A DNA stretch of 32,331 nucleotides. It comes from an uncultured virus (IMG/VR IMGVR_UViG_3300037418_002777). Lineage: Duplodnaviria > Heunggongvirae > Uroviricota > Caudoviricetes. Positions 31,757-32,331 of the stretch are shown piece after piece (position 1 is the first letter of the stretch; every line of letters starts with the position of its first letter). Under the pieces are notes generated by a model. That model saw only the letters and a list, made by a program, of their open reading frames with translations, did no database searches and was not told where the DNA came from. The stretch lies in the IMG/VR virus record IMGVR_UViG_3300037418_002777, one strand, 5' to 3'. The position numbers were made by a program, and so were the translations under genes.

Positions 31757-32331
31757 GCAGCCTCCTTCAGGCCGAGCTTCTCGACCAGCGCCAAGTCGGC
31801 CGGCGTCATGTCCTGCGCCGAGCGCCAGCTGATCCAGCGTGCCTGGCGCGGCTGGTCCAGCACGCCCACGTCCAGGCTCTCGTACTTGAACGGGCACCCG
31901 CGGTACGCCGCCCGGTCGGCCCACACTTCGGCGCATTCGTCCTTCTTCATGCGCCCGCAAGGGATACGCACCTCCTTGCCAGTGGCAACGTCGATCGCGA
32001 TGAAGCCGCCAGCGATGCCCTTGCCGACCTTGTTCTCCTGGTGCGACGAGCGCTCGGTGCGGCCGCGGCTGTTGGTCGTCGGCACGTTGTTGTTCTGCTC
32101 GGCCTCGTAGACGTCGAGCACGATCGCGTCCTTGTCCGACACCGGCTTGTAGCGCCAGAAGTCGTTCTTGGTCGCGGTCGCGCGGCCCGACTTGTGCAGG
32201 GCTTTCGGGTCGCGGAAGATCGCGCCCTCGTAGCGCTTCTCGAGGCAGTCGACGATCCAGGCGCGTGCCTCGTCCGGGTTGTTGATCCAGACGAACGGCA
32301 GCACCGTGATGTTGGGGTCGGCGCCGTCGCC
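31753..32331 (-). CDS. ATP-dependent DNA ligase, C-terminal part (5' end outside window)
   Basis: Motif IV YEGAIFRDP, motif V WRYKP, then an OB-fold-like region ending PRQARWISWR; frame open to the window end. Confidence 0.85.
   Translation of the reverse strand, partial: GDGADPNITVLPFVWINNPDEARAWIVDCLEKRYEGAIFRDPKALHKSGRATATKNDFWRYKPVSDKDAIVLDVYEAEQNNNVPTTNSRGRTERSSHQENKVGKGIAGGFIAIDVATGKEVRIPCGRMKKDECAEVWADRAAYRGCPFKYESLDVGVLDQPRQARWISWRSAQDMTPADLALVEKLGLKEAA

Noticed and set aside
1..32331. tRNA, rRNA, integrase, transposase, att site or intron/intein
   Set aside because: No recognisable signatures. Intergenic gaps are short and accounted for by terminators, promoters and hairpins; a covariance-model scan would be needed to exclude small RNAs.

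Overview
A GC-rich segment of a tailed dsDNA phage or prophage with a long non-contractile (siphovirus-type) tail. The host is probably a proteobacterium (inference). The + strand (1-24160) is the late region: 3' end of the major capsid gene, head-tail connectors, tail tube, tail assembly chaperone with a -1 frameshift, a 2194-aa tape measure, tail tip and fibre genes, a YiiX-like peptidase, a tightly coupled lysis cassette (31-aa leader ORF, two holin-like genes, GH19 endolysin, an unknown Cys/His protein, i-spanin with embedded o-spanin) and a metallophosphoesterase. The - strand (24164-32331) carries a moron-like lipoprotein and the end of a DNA-metabolism operon (Xis-like protein, SbcC/SbcD-like nuclease pair, resolvase-like nuclease, ThyA, ATP-dependent ligase). 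The most striking signal is non-coding. Five of the eight sizeable late-region gaps carry a sigma54 (RpoN) -24/-12 box, (T/A)GGCAY-N5-TTGCT, three forward and two reversed, and four of them overlap or abut sigma70-like promoters in two repeated geometries. Five gaps also have a hairpin covering the ribosome-binding site, placed so that a local sigma70-like transcript would lose part or all of its 5' arm. Together these suggest an unusual two-sigma plus RNA-structure control system for late genes. All functional calls are from motif recognition and gene order; no database searches were run.
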